64,000 nt of DNA from Spirochaetales bacterium (GTDB lineage: Bacteria; Spirochaetota; Spirochaetia; JABEVK01): assembly GCA_037142615.1 (NCBI GenBank), contig JBAXAI010000003.1:1-64000 (forward strand), read 5' to 3'. Position numbers and translations under genes: made by a program. The notes under the pieces are model-generated. The model did no database searches and was not told the DNA's origin. It saw only the letters and a program-made list of their open reading frames with translations. This document shows, one piece after another, positions 17,755 to 27,863 of this stretch. Position 1 is the stretch's first letter. Every line of letters starts with the position of its first letter.

Positions 17755-19182
17755 TTAGGCATAGAGCCGATACACCGTGGTTGGCGCCGAGATTCCCTTG
17801 AGCGTGGCCATCTTGGTCTCGGAGCGTAGCCGCGAGGCCGTGATCACCTCGGCGACTCCAGGGCTGTCGAACACGGCCTCGGTGACCCACACTTCGCCGG
17901 CTTCGGCGAGTCCCTGAACGCGCGCCGCCAGGTTGATGTTCTGCCCGAAGTAGTCCAGCCGCTCATCAGCGTTCACCGCGAGCGCAGCACCTTCGTGCAC
18001 GCCCACTTTGAGGCCCAACTCGTTGCTCTGGCTGCGGTTGAGTTCGTGCACACGCTCCACCATGGCCAAGGCGGCCAGCACGCCCTCCTGGCTGTTCGAG
18101 AACGTGGCCATGATGGCGTCGCCCATGGTCTTCACCATCGCTCCGTGATGCGCCCGCACCACTTCGGTGAGCAGGTCGAAGTGCTTCTGCACCACGTCGT
18201 AGGCGTTGATATCGCCCACCCGGCCGTACATGTCTGTCGAGCCTTTGAGGTCGGTGAACAGAATGGTCAGGTTCTTGATCTTGAGCTTCATGTCGGGAGC
18301 CCACGCTTGAATGCGGAACAGCTCACGGAAGCTCTGGTTGTTCAAAAAAGCTTTGCCGGTGAGGAAGGGATGCCAGCGGCGCTCGGCGCCCCGGTGGGGC
18401 ATGGCGATGGCCCAGAACATCGAGCCGTTCTGCAAGACCACTCCGGTGGCGGCACGGAAACGGTTGCTCACGTGGAACACGACCCGGCCCGGTCTCAGGG
18501 TGATGGCCGCCGGAGAAAAGCCGCCGGTGAGCAGGTCGACATCGACAAGCTGCTCCAGCCCGACCGGCGCCCCCTCGACCGTGATTTCCAACTGACTGTG
18601 GCTTTCGAAGTTCATCAACCGGTACAGGCCTGCCTCGAGGTTGGCATTAAGCTTGCCCTTCTCGTCGGGCTGGATGGCGAGGAAGCCCATCATGGTTTGG
18701 CCGGCGCCGAGTTCGTCCAGGTTGGGAGACTTGAGGTTCGCCGACCGGTACGACCGGATGTAGGCCTCGAGTCCCGACAACGGGTCAGGGCGACCTACCC
18801 CGAGCGACTCGCTGAGTTCGAACGACACCTCGATGAAGTCGTCCATCGCCGCCTCCCTGGTCATGGAGCAGACGGTGCAGTGAATCTGGTCGCTGTGGAT
18901 GGCATCGAGGCGGGTGTGCTGGTGCTCCACCCCGCCGCACGAGGCGCAGATCTGCCCGAAGTGGAAGTCGAGCAAACCAATCTTGGCGCCATGGATGAAC
19001 AGGTCGAGCAGCACGTCGGGGTCAAACCCGAACCGCTGGGCAAAGACCAGCGGGTTGATGCGCACGAGGTCCCAGGCGCCGAGCGTCGGCAGGAGCGCCC
19101 CCAGCTTGTCGACTTCGGCCGCCGGAAGGCGGGGATACAACTTGAGGGCTCGGATTTTTTGGTCCAACGCGGATCGGTTCAT
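17755..19182 (-). CDS. class III adenylate/guanylate cyclase with N-terminal DUF5939-like domain
   Basis: FTDLKGST, VKTMGDAIMA, DYFGQNINLAARVQ; N-terminal CxxC...CxxC. Confidence 0.85.
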   Translation of the reverse strand: MNRSALDQKIRALKLYPRLPAAEVDKLGALLPTLGAWDLVRINPLVFAQRFGFDPDVLLDLFIHGAKIGLLDFHFGQICASCGGVEHQHTRLDAIHSDQIHCTVCSMTREAAMDDFIEVSFELSESLGVGRPDPLSGLEAYIRSYRSANLKSPNLDELGAGQTMMGFLAIQPDEKGKLNANLEAGLYRLMNFESHSQLEITVEGAPVGLEQLVDVDLLTGGFSPAAITLRPGRVVFHVSNRFRAATGVVLQNGSMFWAIAMPHRGAERRWHPFLTGKAFLNNQSFRELFRIQAWAPDMKLKIKNLTILFTDLKGSTDMYGRVGDINAYDVVQKHFDLLTEVVRAHHGAMVKTMGDAIMATFSNSQEGVLAALAMVERVHELNRSQSNELGLKVGVHEGAALAVNADERLDYFGQNINLAARVQGLAEAGEVWVTEAVFDSPGVAEVITASRLRSETKMATLKGISAPTTVYRLYA

Positions 19183-19191
19183 GAAATCCTC

Positions 19192-20610
19192 CTAGATATG
19201 GATGGCCCAGCCCTCAACCCCACGGGCGGCTTCCATCACGCTTTCGCCCAAGGTGGGGTGAGCGTGAACCATGGTCGCGAGGTCCTCGGGCAGAAGCTCG
19301 GCCTTTTTGGCCAACAACAGTTCGTGGATGAGCTCGGTGGCGTTGGCCCCGACGGTATGCCCGCCCAGAATCTCGTGGGTCTTCGGGTTGTACAGAATCT
19401 TCACCAAGCCTTCGGGCCGCTCGATGGCGTTGGCCTTGCCGTTGCCTGTGAAGGGGAAGCTGTAGGCCTTGTAGTCGATCTTCTTTTCCTTGGCCTTTTC
19501 TTCGGTGAGGCCAAAACTGGCGATTTGCGGCTCGCAGTAGGTGGCGCCGGGAATGGCCATCGGATCGAGCTTCTTCTCGTGCGGCGCGTGGGTCCCCTTG
19601 AGTTTGCTGGCCAGGAACTCCACGGCGATCTCGCCTTCCTTGCTGGCAACGTGGGCCAACAGAGGGCTGGGGATGATGTCGCCAATGGCAAAAATGCTGG
19701 CAGCGTCGGTCTGGTAGTAGTCCTTGGTGAGCACAAAGCCGCGGTCGAGTTTGACCCCGGCCTTTTCGAGGCCCAGGTCGGCGGTGTTGGGCACGCGGCC
19801 CACGGCGACGAGGATTTTTTCGGCCTTGAGCACCTCGGTCTTGCCGTCCTTTTCGATGGTCAGCTCGACACCGGTGGCGGTCTTCTTGAGCGTGCTGGCC
19901 TTGGTGTTCACCAGAAACTTGACGCCGTTTTTCACAAACGCTTTTTCGACGACGGCGGCGGTTTCGTGGTCTTCGACAGGAAGGATGCGCGGCAGCATTT
20001 CGATCACGGTGACCTCGACGCCAAAGGTGCGCATCACGAAGGCGAACTCCATGCCGATGGCACCCGAACCGAGGATGAGCAGGCTCTTGGGAAGGCTCGT
20101 GAGAGCGAGGATGCCCGTGCTGCTGAGCACCTGCTTTTCGTCGAACTCCATGCCGGGCAACTCCCGGGGGCGCGAGCCGGTGGCGACAACGATGTAAGCT
20201 GCGCTGATTTTGCTGGTGGCGCCGTCGGCGGCCTTCACGGTGATTTCGTTGGCGCCGGTAAGGGTGCCGGTGCCGCTGACCACCTCGACCTTGTTCTTCT
20301 TCATGAGGAACTGAACGCCCTTGCCCGAGCGTTCGGCGGCGCCACGGCTCTTGGCCTGCACCTTGCTGTAGTCGAGCCCGCTGACGTCGATTTTGACGCC
20401 CATGTGGGCCAGCGCCTCGATGGCGTGGTAGGCCTCGGCCTGGTTGATCAGCGCCTTGGACGGAATACAGCCCCAGTTTCCGCACACGCCGCCGAGCTTG
20501 TCTTTTTCGATGACCACGGCCTTGAGGCCGAGCTGACTGGCGCGGACGGCAGCCACGTATCCGCCGGGTCCTCCGCCCAGAATCGCGACGTCATAGGGAA
20601 AGTTTGCCAT
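19192..20610 (-). CDS. lpdA: dihydrolipoyl dehydrogenase (E3)
   Basis: GGGPGGY, GGVCGNWGCIPSK redox disulfide, GSGAIGMEF, HPTLGE; ATG 20610 with GGAG RBS. Confidence 0.95.
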   Translation of the reverse strand: MANFPYDVAILGGGPGGYVAAVRASQLGLKAVVIEKDKLGGVCGNWGCIPSKALINQAEAYHAIEALAHMGVKIDVSGLDYSKVQAKSRGAAERSGKGVQFLMKKNKVEVVSGTGTLTGANEITVKAADGATSKISAAYIVVATGSRPRELPGMEFDEKQVLSSTGILALTSLPKSLLILGSGAIGMEFAFVMRTFGVEVTVIEMLPRILPVEDHETAAVVEKAFVKNGVKFLVNTKASTLKKTATGVELTIEKDGKTEVLKAEKILVAVGRVPNTADLGLEKAGVKLDRGFVLTKDYYQTDAASIFAIGDIIPSPLLAHVASKEGEIAVEFLASKLKGTHAPHEKKLDPMAIPGATYCEPQIASFGLTEEKAKEKKIDYKAYSFPFTGNGKANAIERPEGLVKILYNPKTHEILGGHTVGANATELIHELLLAKKAELLPEDLATMVHAHPTLGESVMEAARGVEGWAIHI

Positions 20611-20949
20611 ACAGAGTCCTCCGGACAACAAAGTACGCTTTTTGGGCCTGATGGCAAAGCTCCGGACCGGGAACTCTGGAAGGACAAGTTGTTGATCGAC
20701 CTTGAAGACACGCAGAACCTGCCGGCGCAGACCGTGGCTACCGCCCAAAAGTTCATCGCCGGTCCCAGGGTTCTGCTGTCGCTCAAGGCGCGCGGACAGA
20801 GTATGATCCTCATCGATCACAGTGCACGACTGGACGAACGGACACCGCTCGACGTGTCGCGCCCGCTGACGCAGCCCGCCGTGTTGCTGGTGAGCGACCT
20901 GCGCCGCACACGGGCAACCCAAAAGACCTGTCGAGTATGAGGAGTTTAC

Positions 20950-21879
20950 ATGACCATCGCCGAAGACCTCACCGCATTCGTCGGGAAGACCCCGCTGCTC
21001 AAGCTCAGTCGGTTCCAAGCGGGACAGGGCGGAGCCACTGTGCTGGCCAAACTCGAACTGTTCAACCCCGGCTCGTCCGTGAAGGATCGCATCGCTTTGG
21101 CCATGATCGAGGATGCCGAGCGAAACGGAACCCTCAAACCGGGCGCCACCATCATCGAACCGACTTCGGGCAACACCGGCATCGGTTTGGCGTGGGTAGC
21201 GGCCGTCAAGGGCTACAAAATGATCCTGACCATGCCGGAATCGATGAGCATCGAACGACGCAAACTGCTGCAGGCCCTCGGTGCGACGCTGGTGCTCACC
21301 CCCGCCCAGGAAGGCATGGCAGGCGCCGTCGCGCGGGCCAGCCTGTTGCAGGCCGACATCGCTGGAAGTTGGATCGCGGGTCAGTTTGAGAACCCCTCCA
21401 ACCCTTCGGTTCACTACCGGACGACCGGCCCGGAAATCTGGGAAGCCACCGACGGCAGGGTCGATGTGTTCGTGGCCGGGGTTGGTACCGGCGGAACCAT
21501 CTCGGGAACCGGGCGCTACCTCAAGGAAAAGAACCCCAGGATCCGCATCGTGGCGGTGGAACCCTCGACGTCGCCCCTGCTCTCGAAGGGCACCACAGGC
21601 CCGCACCTGATCCAAGGCATCGGCGCCAACTTCGTGCCCAAAAACTACGACGCCTCGGTGGTCGACGAAGTGCTCACCGTCGAAAGCCACGAGGCCATCG
21701 CCGCCGCCAAAGAGCTGGGCCTCAAAGAGGGCTTGCTGGTGGGCATCTCGTCGGGCGCCAATGCCCTCGCCGCGCGTCGGTTGGCGGCCCGCCCCGAGTT
21801 CGCGGGCAAAACCCTTGTCACCCTCTTGTGCGACACGGGCGAGCGCTACCTTTCCACGCTGCTCTTTCAGAACGACTGA
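20950..21879 (+). CDS. cysK: cysteine synthase A
   Basis: NPGSSVKDRIA, EPTSGNTGIG, GVGTGGT, IQGIGA, DTGERYLST. Confidence 0.95.
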   Translation: MTIAEDLTAFVGKTPLLKLSRFQAGQGGATVLAKLELFNPGSSVKDRIALAMIEDAERNGTLKPGATIIEPTSGNTGIGLAWVAAVKGYKMILTMPESMSIERRKLLQALGATLVLTPAQEGMAGAVARASLLQADIAGSWIAGQFENPSNPSVHYRTTGPEIWEATDGRVDVFVAGVGTGGTISGTGRYLKEKNPRIRIVAVEPSTSPLLSKGTTGPHLIQGIGANFVPKNYDASVVDEVLTVESHEAIAAAKELGLKEGLLVGISSGANALAARRLAARPEFAGKTLVTLLCDTGERYLSTLLFQND

Positions 21880-21888
21880 CGCCGGGCC

Positions 21889-22854
21889 TCAGAGCCAGGC
21901 GGCAAGCCGTTTGAGTTTGAGCGCCGTCTGAAAGCTCTCGCCGCCTTCGTGGTGGTTGTAGGTCCACACCTGGATTTCCTTGGCGCCCGCCCAACGGTTG
22001 TAGGCGGCGAAGACCGTTCGAGGGGGGCAGATGTCGTCCATCAGACCGACCGAAAACAGCGTCGGCATGGTGGCCCGCGCCGCGAAACTGCGACCATCGA
22101 AATACCCGAGGGTGTTCCACACCGCTGCCTCGTGATTGCGGTGCCGCTTGAGAAAGTCGCGGATCTCGGCGTAGGGGTAGGCATCGGTGGCCACCACGGC
22201 ATGATCGAAGTGACACAGGAAGGGCACATCGGGTAGTGCGGCTTGCACCTTGCCGTCCAGGCCTGCTGCCGCGATGGCCAGGCCCCCACCCTGACTGCCT
22301 CCCGTGACCGCGATGCGCGAGGCGTCGACGGCGGGATGGCTGCGTGCGGCCTCGATGGCCCTGGCGGCATCGGTAAACAGGCGTCGGTAGTAGTAGGTTT
22401 CTTTCTTGAGGATGCCACGGGTCATGAAGCCGGGTATCTGCGGGTTACCGCCTTCCAGCTCGGGGTCAGGCGTATCTCCTGTCCTCCAGGTAGAACCCTG
22501 GCCGCGGGTGTCCATCACCAGCAGGGCGTAACCGGCGCTTGGGTAGGTCAACCAATCGTAGGGCAGGCCTCGGCCTCCCCCGTAGCCGATGTACTCGACC
22601 ACGCAGGGGACCTTGCCAGTACGGTGTTTGGGCAGGAGGAACCAGCCACGGATAGGTTGGCCTCCGTACCCGCCAAACGTCAGGTCGAAGACTTCGAGTT
22701 GGCTGAGCGAGGCGTCGTAGGGCACAAAACTGGCTTCGAGCGGGAACACGCGCGCGGCAGCCAGGGTCGCGGCCCAGAACGCGTCGAAGTCAGTGGGTTC
22801 GTTCAGCGGCGGATTGTAGGAGCGAAGCTGCTCCAAGGGCATATCAACGAACAA
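21889..22854 (-). CDS. acetylxylan esterase / cephalosporin-C deacetylase (CE7)
   Basis: DTRGQG, GGSQGGG nucleophile, DDICPP, NHHEGG. Confidence 0.9.
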   Translation of the reverse strand: MFVDMPLEQLRSYNPPLNEPTDFDAFWAATLAAARVFPLEASFVPYDASLSQLEVFDLTFGGYGGQPIRGWFLLPKHRTGKVPCVVEYIGYGGGRGLPYDWLTYPSAGYALLVMDTRGQGSTWRTGDTPDPELEGGNPQIPGFMTRGILKKETYYYRRLFTDAARAIEAARSHPAVDASRIAVTGGSQGGGLAIAAAGLDGKVQAALPDVPFLCHFDHAVVATDAYPYAEIRDFLKRHRNHEAAVWNTLGYFDGRSFAARATMPTLFSVGLMDDICPPRTVFAAYNRWAGAKEIQVWTYNHHEGGESFQTALKLKRLAAWL

Positions 22855-23239
22855 AAGTGATCCCTCCCAGGGCTCCTAGGCCCAACAGACTCGGCACCAA
22901 CTGGACGAGCGCGCCACGAAGCCTGCGCCGGTTCGAAACGACGAGCACCACCCCGGCCGCGCCCATCGAGAGCAGGCCGTACACCATGAGCACAAGACCG
23001 ATGGTCCCACCGTCGATGATTTCGGGGCCCACGCCGGTGTAGATCACCCAGCCGGCCGCCATGGCCACCGAAAGGAACAGGTTGTAGAAGCCCTGGTTGA
23101 AGGCCCACGGCCGCAATGGTTCCACCTGCTCAGGCATGACTCCAAAGGTCTTGTTGACCCGCGGTTGCCCCCACTGCAGGCTCTCGAGCACGAAAATGTA
23201 AAACTGGACCACGATGGGCACGATAACCAGGTAAATCAC
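22844..23239 (-). CDS. DUF1304-like membrane protein
   Basis: YIFVLES...W, AFNQGFYNLFL, four TM segments; GTG overlaps the pdhC stop. Confidence 0.8.
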   Translation of the reverse strand: MIYLVIVPIVVQFYIFVLESLQWGQPRVNKTFGVMPEQVEPLRPWAFNQGFYNLFLSVAMAAGWVIYTGVGPEIIDGGTIGLVLMVYGLLSMGAAGVVLVVSNRRRLRGALVQLVPSLLGLGALGGITFVR

Positions 23240-24492
23240 TACAGCAGCACCTGATACGGGTCTTCGACCATTCGTTTGAACTCGGTGAGAAAGGCTGCCC
23301 CGACGGCCCCATCGACCACGCGGTGGTCGCAGCTGAGGGTCACCTTCATGATACGCCTGACGACAATGCTGTCGTCGTCGGCCACCACGGGGGTCTTGAT
23401 GGTAGCGCCGAGCGCCAGAATGGCCACGCCGGGGGGGTTGATGATGGCGGTGAACTCCTCGATGCCAAAGCTGCCCAGGTTGCTGATGGTGAACGTGGCG
23501 CCGGTGAACTCCTCGGGCTTCAGGCCACCATTGCGGGCGCGGTCGATGAGGTCCTTGAGCTCGGCCTCGATCTGCAAAATGCCCTTGCTGCCGGCGTTCT
23601 TCACGATGGGGGTGATCAGGCCGTCGGGCTGGGCCACCGCGATGCCCAGGTCGACGCTGGAATGGTTCTGGATGTACTCGCCTTCCCAGCTGGAATTGAG
23701 CGCCTGGTGACGCTTGAGCGCCTCGGCGAGGAACTTGAGGATGAACGGGTTGAGGCCTACCTTCTCTTTGCGCTTGGCGTTGATGCGGTCGCGGGCCTCG
23801 AGCAGATTGTCCATCTCGATGCTCAGCGTCAGAAAGAAGTGCGGCGCGGTGAACAGGCTTTCGCCCAGGCGCTTGGCGATGGTCTGGCGTTTGCGGCTCA
23901 CAGGGACCTGATCGTCGTTGAGCGCGGAAGAACCGACGCTGACCGCAGCAAACGAGCCCGCCGAACTGCCCGCACTCGCCTTGGCGCTCGGTGTGTAGGA
24001 ATCGATATCGGCCTTGACCACACGCCCGTCGGGACCGGTGCCAGAAACCTGGGCCAGGTCGATGCCCTTGTCGGCGGCGAGCTTGCGGGCCAGCGGACTC
24101 GACTTGATGCGCCCACCGTCTGCCGGCGCAGCGTGACCGGTGGCAGGAGCGGCAGCGGCCGACTTGGCGGCAGCAACGGCGGCGGCTGTGGGGGGTGCCG
24201 CGGCGGCCTTCGCCACCGGCGCGGCCTCGGCCACCAGCGCGGCAAAGTCCTCGCCGGGATTTCCGATGATGGCGATGGTGTCGCCGACCTTGGCTCCGGT
24301 GCCGACTTCTTTCACAATGGCAAGCAGGGTGCCTTCCTGGCTCGACAAGTAGTCCATGCTGGCTTTGTCGGTTTCGACCTCGCACAGCGGGTCGTCCATC
24401 TTGACGGTGTCACCGACCTTCTTCTTCCACTTGAGAATACTGCCCTCTTCCATGGTGGGGCTCAACGCGATCATGAAAATCTTCTCGGCCAT
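23239..24492 (-). CDS. pdhC: pyruvate dehydrogenase E2 (dihydrolipoamide acetyltransferase)
   Basis: Lipoyl motif ETDKA, E3-binding SPLARKLA...GTGPDGRV, catalytic DHRVVDG. Confidence 0.93.
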   Translation of the reverse strand: MAEKIFMIALSPTMEEGSILKWKKKVGDTVKMDDPLCEVETDKASMDYLSSQEGTLLAIVKEVGTGAKVGDTIAIIGNPGEDFAALVAEAAPVAKAAAAPPTAAAVAAAKSAAAAPATGHAAPADGGRIKSSPLARKLAADKGIDLAQVSGTGPDGRVVKADIDSYTPSAKASAGSSAGSFAAVSVGSSALNDDQVPVSRKRQTIAKRLGESLFTAPHFFLTLSIEMDNLLEARDRINAKRKEKVGLNPFILKFLAEALKRHQALNSSWEGEYIQNHSSVDLGIAVAQPDGLITPIVKNAGSKGILQIEAELKDLIDRARNGGLKPEEFTGATFTISNLGSFGIEEFTAIINPPGVAILALGATIKTPVVADDDSIVVRRIMKVTLSCDHRVVDGAVGAAFLTEFKRMVEDPYQVLL

Positions 24493-24515
24493 GTTCTATT
24501 CCTTTTTCGTTTCGC

Positions 24516-25496
24516 TTAGGACCGGTAGAGGGCTTTCTTGGCGGCGGCCACGATCTTGGCCACCGTCGGCTGAACTTCGAGCTCCAGCGTATGGTTATAC
24601 GGCATGGGCACGTCTTCACTCGACACAAACTCCACCGGGGCGTCGAGGTCGTCGAAGCAGTCCAGCATGATCTTGGCTTGGATCCAGCTGCCCACCGAGG
24701 CCTTGGGCCACGCTTCATCGACGACCACCGCGCGGTTGGTCTTGCGCACTGACGAGTACAGCAGTTCCTCGTCGAGCGGCACCAGCGAACGCAGGTCAAC
24801 CACTTCGGCGTTGATGCCTTCCTTGGCGAGCTCTTCGGCCGCCCGCAGGCACATCAACACGGGTTTGCTGAAGCTCACGAGCGACACGTCGGTGCCTTCT
24901 CGCTTGATATCGCCCTTGCCGATCTCAACCACATAGTCGCCCTCGGGCACTTCGCCCTTGTGCCCATAGCTCATTTCGCTTTCGAGGAAGATGACCGGAT
25001 TGTCGTCGCGGATGGCCGCCTTGAGCAGGCCTTTAGCGTCGTAGGGCGTGGCCGGAGCGACGACCTTAAAGCCAGGCACGTGAACAAAATAGCTGGCAAA
25101 ACTCTGGCTGTGCTGCCCCCCTAAGTACTCTGCGGGCCCATTGGGCCCGCGCACCACCATGGGGCACTTGAACTGGCCGCCCGACATCGAGCGGTACTTC
25201 ACGGCGTTGTGGATGAGCTGATCGATGGCCAAAAGGCCGAACTGAAACGTCATCCATTCGACGACGGGGCGCATGCCGGCGAACGCGGCACCTACCGCCA
25301 GGCCGGTGAAACCCAATTCGGTGATGGGGGTATCGAGCACGCGGTCGGCGCCGTACTTGTCGAGCAGTCCTTTGGTGACCTTGTAGGCGCCGTCGTATTG
25401 GGCAACTTCCTCGCCCATGATGACAACTCCGGCTTCGCGGGTCATTTCTTCGTCGAGCGCCTGCCTCAGCGCCTCCCGCATGGTAATGATGGCCAT
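24516..25496 (-). CDS. pdhB: pyruvate dehydrogenase E1 beta
   Basis: GEEVAQYDGAYKVTKGL, DTPITELGF, QHSQ, DLRSLVPLD. Confidence 0.95.
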   Translation of the reverse strand: MAIITMREALRQALDEEMTREAGVVIMGEEVAQYDGAYKVTKGLLDKYGADRVLDTPITELGFTGLAVGAAFAGMRPVVEWMTFQFGLLAIDQLIHNAVKYRSMSGGQFKCPMVVRGPNGPAEYLGGQHSQSFASYFVHVPGFKVVAPATPYDAKGLLKAAIRDDNPVIFLESEMSYGHKGEVPEGDYVVEIGKGDIKREGTDVSLVSFSKPVLMCLRAAEELAKEGINAEVVDLRSLVPLDEELLYSSVRKTNRAVVVDEAWPKASVGSWIQAKIMLDCFDDLDAPVEFVSSEDVPMPYNHTLELEVQPTVAKIVAAAKKALYRS

Positions 25497-25506
25497 ATGT
25501 GTCTCC

Positions 25507-26481
25507 TCAGGCGTAGATGTCGGTGTAGATTTCTTCGTAGCCGGGTTCCGGGCTCGCTTCGGCGAACTCGACGCACTGCATGACGACTTCCTTGAGCTGC
25601 TTGTCGAGCTCCTTGTATTCGTCCTCGGTGATCAGCTTGGCGGCTTCCATGCGGCTCTTGAGCAGCAAAATCGGGTCCTGGGCCAAGAAGGCCTCGGTCT
25701 CTTCCTTGGTGCGGTACTTGGCCGGGTCGCTCATCGAATGGCCCTTGTAGCGGTAGGTTTTGATCTCGAGGAAGCTGGGCTCGAACTTGGTGCGCGCTGT
25801 GTCCATGGCGGCCTTCACTTCTTCCATCACGGCAATCACATCCATGCCATCGACCATTTTGCTGGGAATATTGTAGGCCTGACCCTTGATGTACAGATCG
25901 GTGACCGAACTGACGCGTTCGACGGCTGTACCCATGCCATACTGGTTGTTCTCGCACACGAAGACGACCGGAAGCTTCCAGATGGCGGCGAGGTTCATCG
26001 CTTCGTGAAAGGCCCCCTGGTGGATGGCGCCGTCGCCAAAGAACACGATGGTGGCACCGCCGTCCTTTTGACTCTTTTGCGCAAAGGCCGAGCCGGTGGC
26101 CAGCGGAATCTGCCCGCCGACGATGCCGTTACCGCCCCACATGCCCTTGGCGTAGTCGAACATGTGCATCGAGCCGCCCTTGCCCTTGGAAACCCCGGTG
26201 GCCTTACCGTACAGCTCCGCCATGAGTTTTTGCGGGTCGAGGCCCAGGCTGATGGCGTGGCCGTGGTCGCGGTAGCCGGTGAGCAGGCGGTCGAGCCCGC
26301 GTTTCATGCCCGCCGCCGCGCCCGAACACACGGCCTCTTGCCCGTTGTAAAGATGACAGAAGCCGCCGATCTTCTTGAGTCCGTACATTTGACCCGCTTT
26401 TTCCTCGAAGCGACGGATCAGCAGCATCTCTTTGAGCAGGTCGTGCAGGAACGTTTTCTCGTAGCCTTTGATGGGTCGCAA
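25507..26481 (-). CDS. pdhA: pyruvate dehydrogenase E1 alpha
   Basis: GFCHLYNGQEA, GKGGSMH, TPP motif GDGA...NN, YRYKGHSMSDP. Confidence 0.95.
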   Translation of the reverse strand: MRPIKGYEKTFLHDLLKEMLLIRRFEEKAGQMYGLKKIGGFCHLYNGQEAVCSGAAAGMKRGLDRLLTGYRDHGHAISLGLDPQKLMAELYGKATGVSKGKGGSMHMFDYAKGMWGGNGIVGGQIPLATGSAFAQKSQKDGGATIVFFGDGAIHQGAFHEAMNLAAIWKLPVVFVCENNQYGMGTAVERVSSVTDLYIKGQAYNIPSKMVDGMDVIAVMEEVKAAMDTARTKFEPSFLEIKTYRYKGHSMSDPAKYRTKEETEAFLAQDPILLLKSRMEAAKLITEDEYKELDKQLKEVVMQCVEFAEASPEPGYEEIYTDIYA

Positions 26482-26511
26482 GGAAGCCTCCGGTTACAGG
26501 TCGGGACGGTC

Positions 26512-26949
26512 CTAAAGGACCGTCTGAAATTTCTCTGCTGTCTTGGGGTTAAAGTATTCCCCAGAAAGCAATTCGGTTTCGAGGACAATCAGGTCGGACG
26601 GATCGTCGTTCAACTTCCAGAACGTTTCGAGCCCGCGGCCGAGCTCCTCGAGAAGCTCGGACTTGAACCGGGGATCCTGCACCAGCGTGATGCGCCCCCG
26701 GAACGAGAAAATCTCTCGCGTCTTGGGAGAAGTCAAGAGCCACGACACCTGGGGGTGCCCGGTCAGGTCGGCCACTTTGGGGAAGGCGGCGGCCGTCACC
26801 GCGTACAGGTGCTTCTTGCGGCCCTTGATCATGGCCGGCGTCATGTAGCGCATCGCGGGAAACCCCTCGGGGGTAACGGTGGCCAGAATGGCCATGGGGC
26901 TTTCTTCCAAAATGGTGGCGAACTTGCCAAGCAGGTCGTCTGCTGTCAT
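26512..26949 (-). CDS. pyridoxamine 5'-phosphate oxidase-like (split-barrel flavin-binding) protein
   Basis: ILATVTPEGFPAMRYM, KVADLTGHPQVS, 145 aa. Confidence 0.7.
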   Translation of the reverse strand: MTADDLLGKFATILEESPMAILATVTPEGFPAMRYMTPAMIKGRKKHLYAVTAAAFPKVADLTGHPQVSWLLTSPKTREIFSFRGRITLVQDPRFKSELLEELGRGLETFWKLNDDPSDLIVLETELLSGEYFNPKTAEKFQTVL

Positions 26950-26958
26950 GGGGACTCC

Positions 26959-27828
26959 TCAGTCAAACACGTCGAAGAACTCGGACGAAAAGAAACTCTT
27001 CCCTACCATTCTACTCAGATTCGCCGCTTCGACAATCCTGCCGTCCTCGACTCTCGCGGTCAGGTCGCCCTGGCGTGTGTCTCCACGCCAAGTGAACGGC
27101 GGTGTGCGGTCGAAGGTCCAAGCGTGGCTTCGCAGGCTGGTTTCGTGGCGCAAGACCGCGTCGGCGCCCGTTGCGGGCGCAGCGACGGCCCCCGCAACGG
27201 GCGCCACGGGGGCGAGGTGGAGTTCCCACTGGCGCGTAATGGCTGTCGCCGCCTCGCGGAGCTCGAGCCCCAAGTTCGTCACGGGTTGTGGTCGCGACGA
27301 GACTCCCACCCACTCGACCAGTTCGCCGGTGGGTCCGAGCACCCCGTGCAAGTGCTCAAGGTCGGCGCTGCACAACAACGTTCCGTGCACCAGCGCCCGG
27401 TCGCGGCGCAGCTGAGAGGCGGTTCCCGACACCTTGGCAAAGCCAGTGCCCGCAGGTACCACAAGGTCTCCCTGCGCCGTGAGCTGCACCGGCCGACCAA
27501 GACCGTTCAGGGCCTCGGCCACAAGACCGAGCAAGGCCTGCTTGTCGAAACCTTCGCCGGCCCAAAGGAACGAGTAGTTCAGGTTGCCGAGGTCTTGGTA
27601 GACCGTGCCCCCGCCCGACGAGCGGCGCAGCAGGGGAAGCTTCCTTGTGGCGAGCTCGCCAAAGCGCACTTCGCGAAGTGGGTTCTGGTGCTTGCCCAGG
27701 ACCACGCACGGCCGGTTCACGTAGAACAGCAGGGCTCGGTCCCCGGGTTGCAGGGCTTCGAAGCGCGTCTCTTCGACGGCCAGATGAACCCAAGGGTCGT
27801 CACCCTCCAGAAACTCGGTGTAGACCAT
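26959..27828 (-). CDS. lplA: lipoate-protein ligase A
   Basis: GKHQNP, RRSSGGGTVYQDLGNLNYS, KVSGTA, HGTLL; adjacent to the pdh genes. Confidence 0.88.
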   Translation of the reverse strand: MVYTEFLEGDDPWVHLAVEETRFEALQPGDRALLFYVNRPCVVLGKHQNPLREVRFGELATRKLPLLRRSSGGGTVYQDLGNLNYSFLWAGEGFDKQALLGLVAEALNGLGRPVQLTAQGDLVVPAGTGFAKVSGTASQLRRDRALVHGTLLCSADLEHLHGVLGPTGELVEWVGVSSRPQPVTNLGLELREAATAITRQWELHLAPVAPVAGAVAAPATGADAVLRHETSLRSHAWTFDRTPPFTWRGDTRQGDLTARVEDGRIVEAANLSRMVGKSFFSSEFFDVFD

Positions 27829-27863
27829 CGTCTCCTCCCCGTGTGGTAGAATGGCACTCTACC

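Noticed and set aside
17995-20940. 981-aa plus-strand ORF
   Set aside because: Antisense shadow of lpdA and the cyclase. Its last ~90 codons (20650-20940) might be a small gene, but there is no clear start or motif to support it.
25417-27849. 810-aa plus-strand ORF and similar long antisense ORFs (2670-4364, 35170-37236, 40687-42564)
   Set aside because: They overlap well-supported genes on the opposite strand
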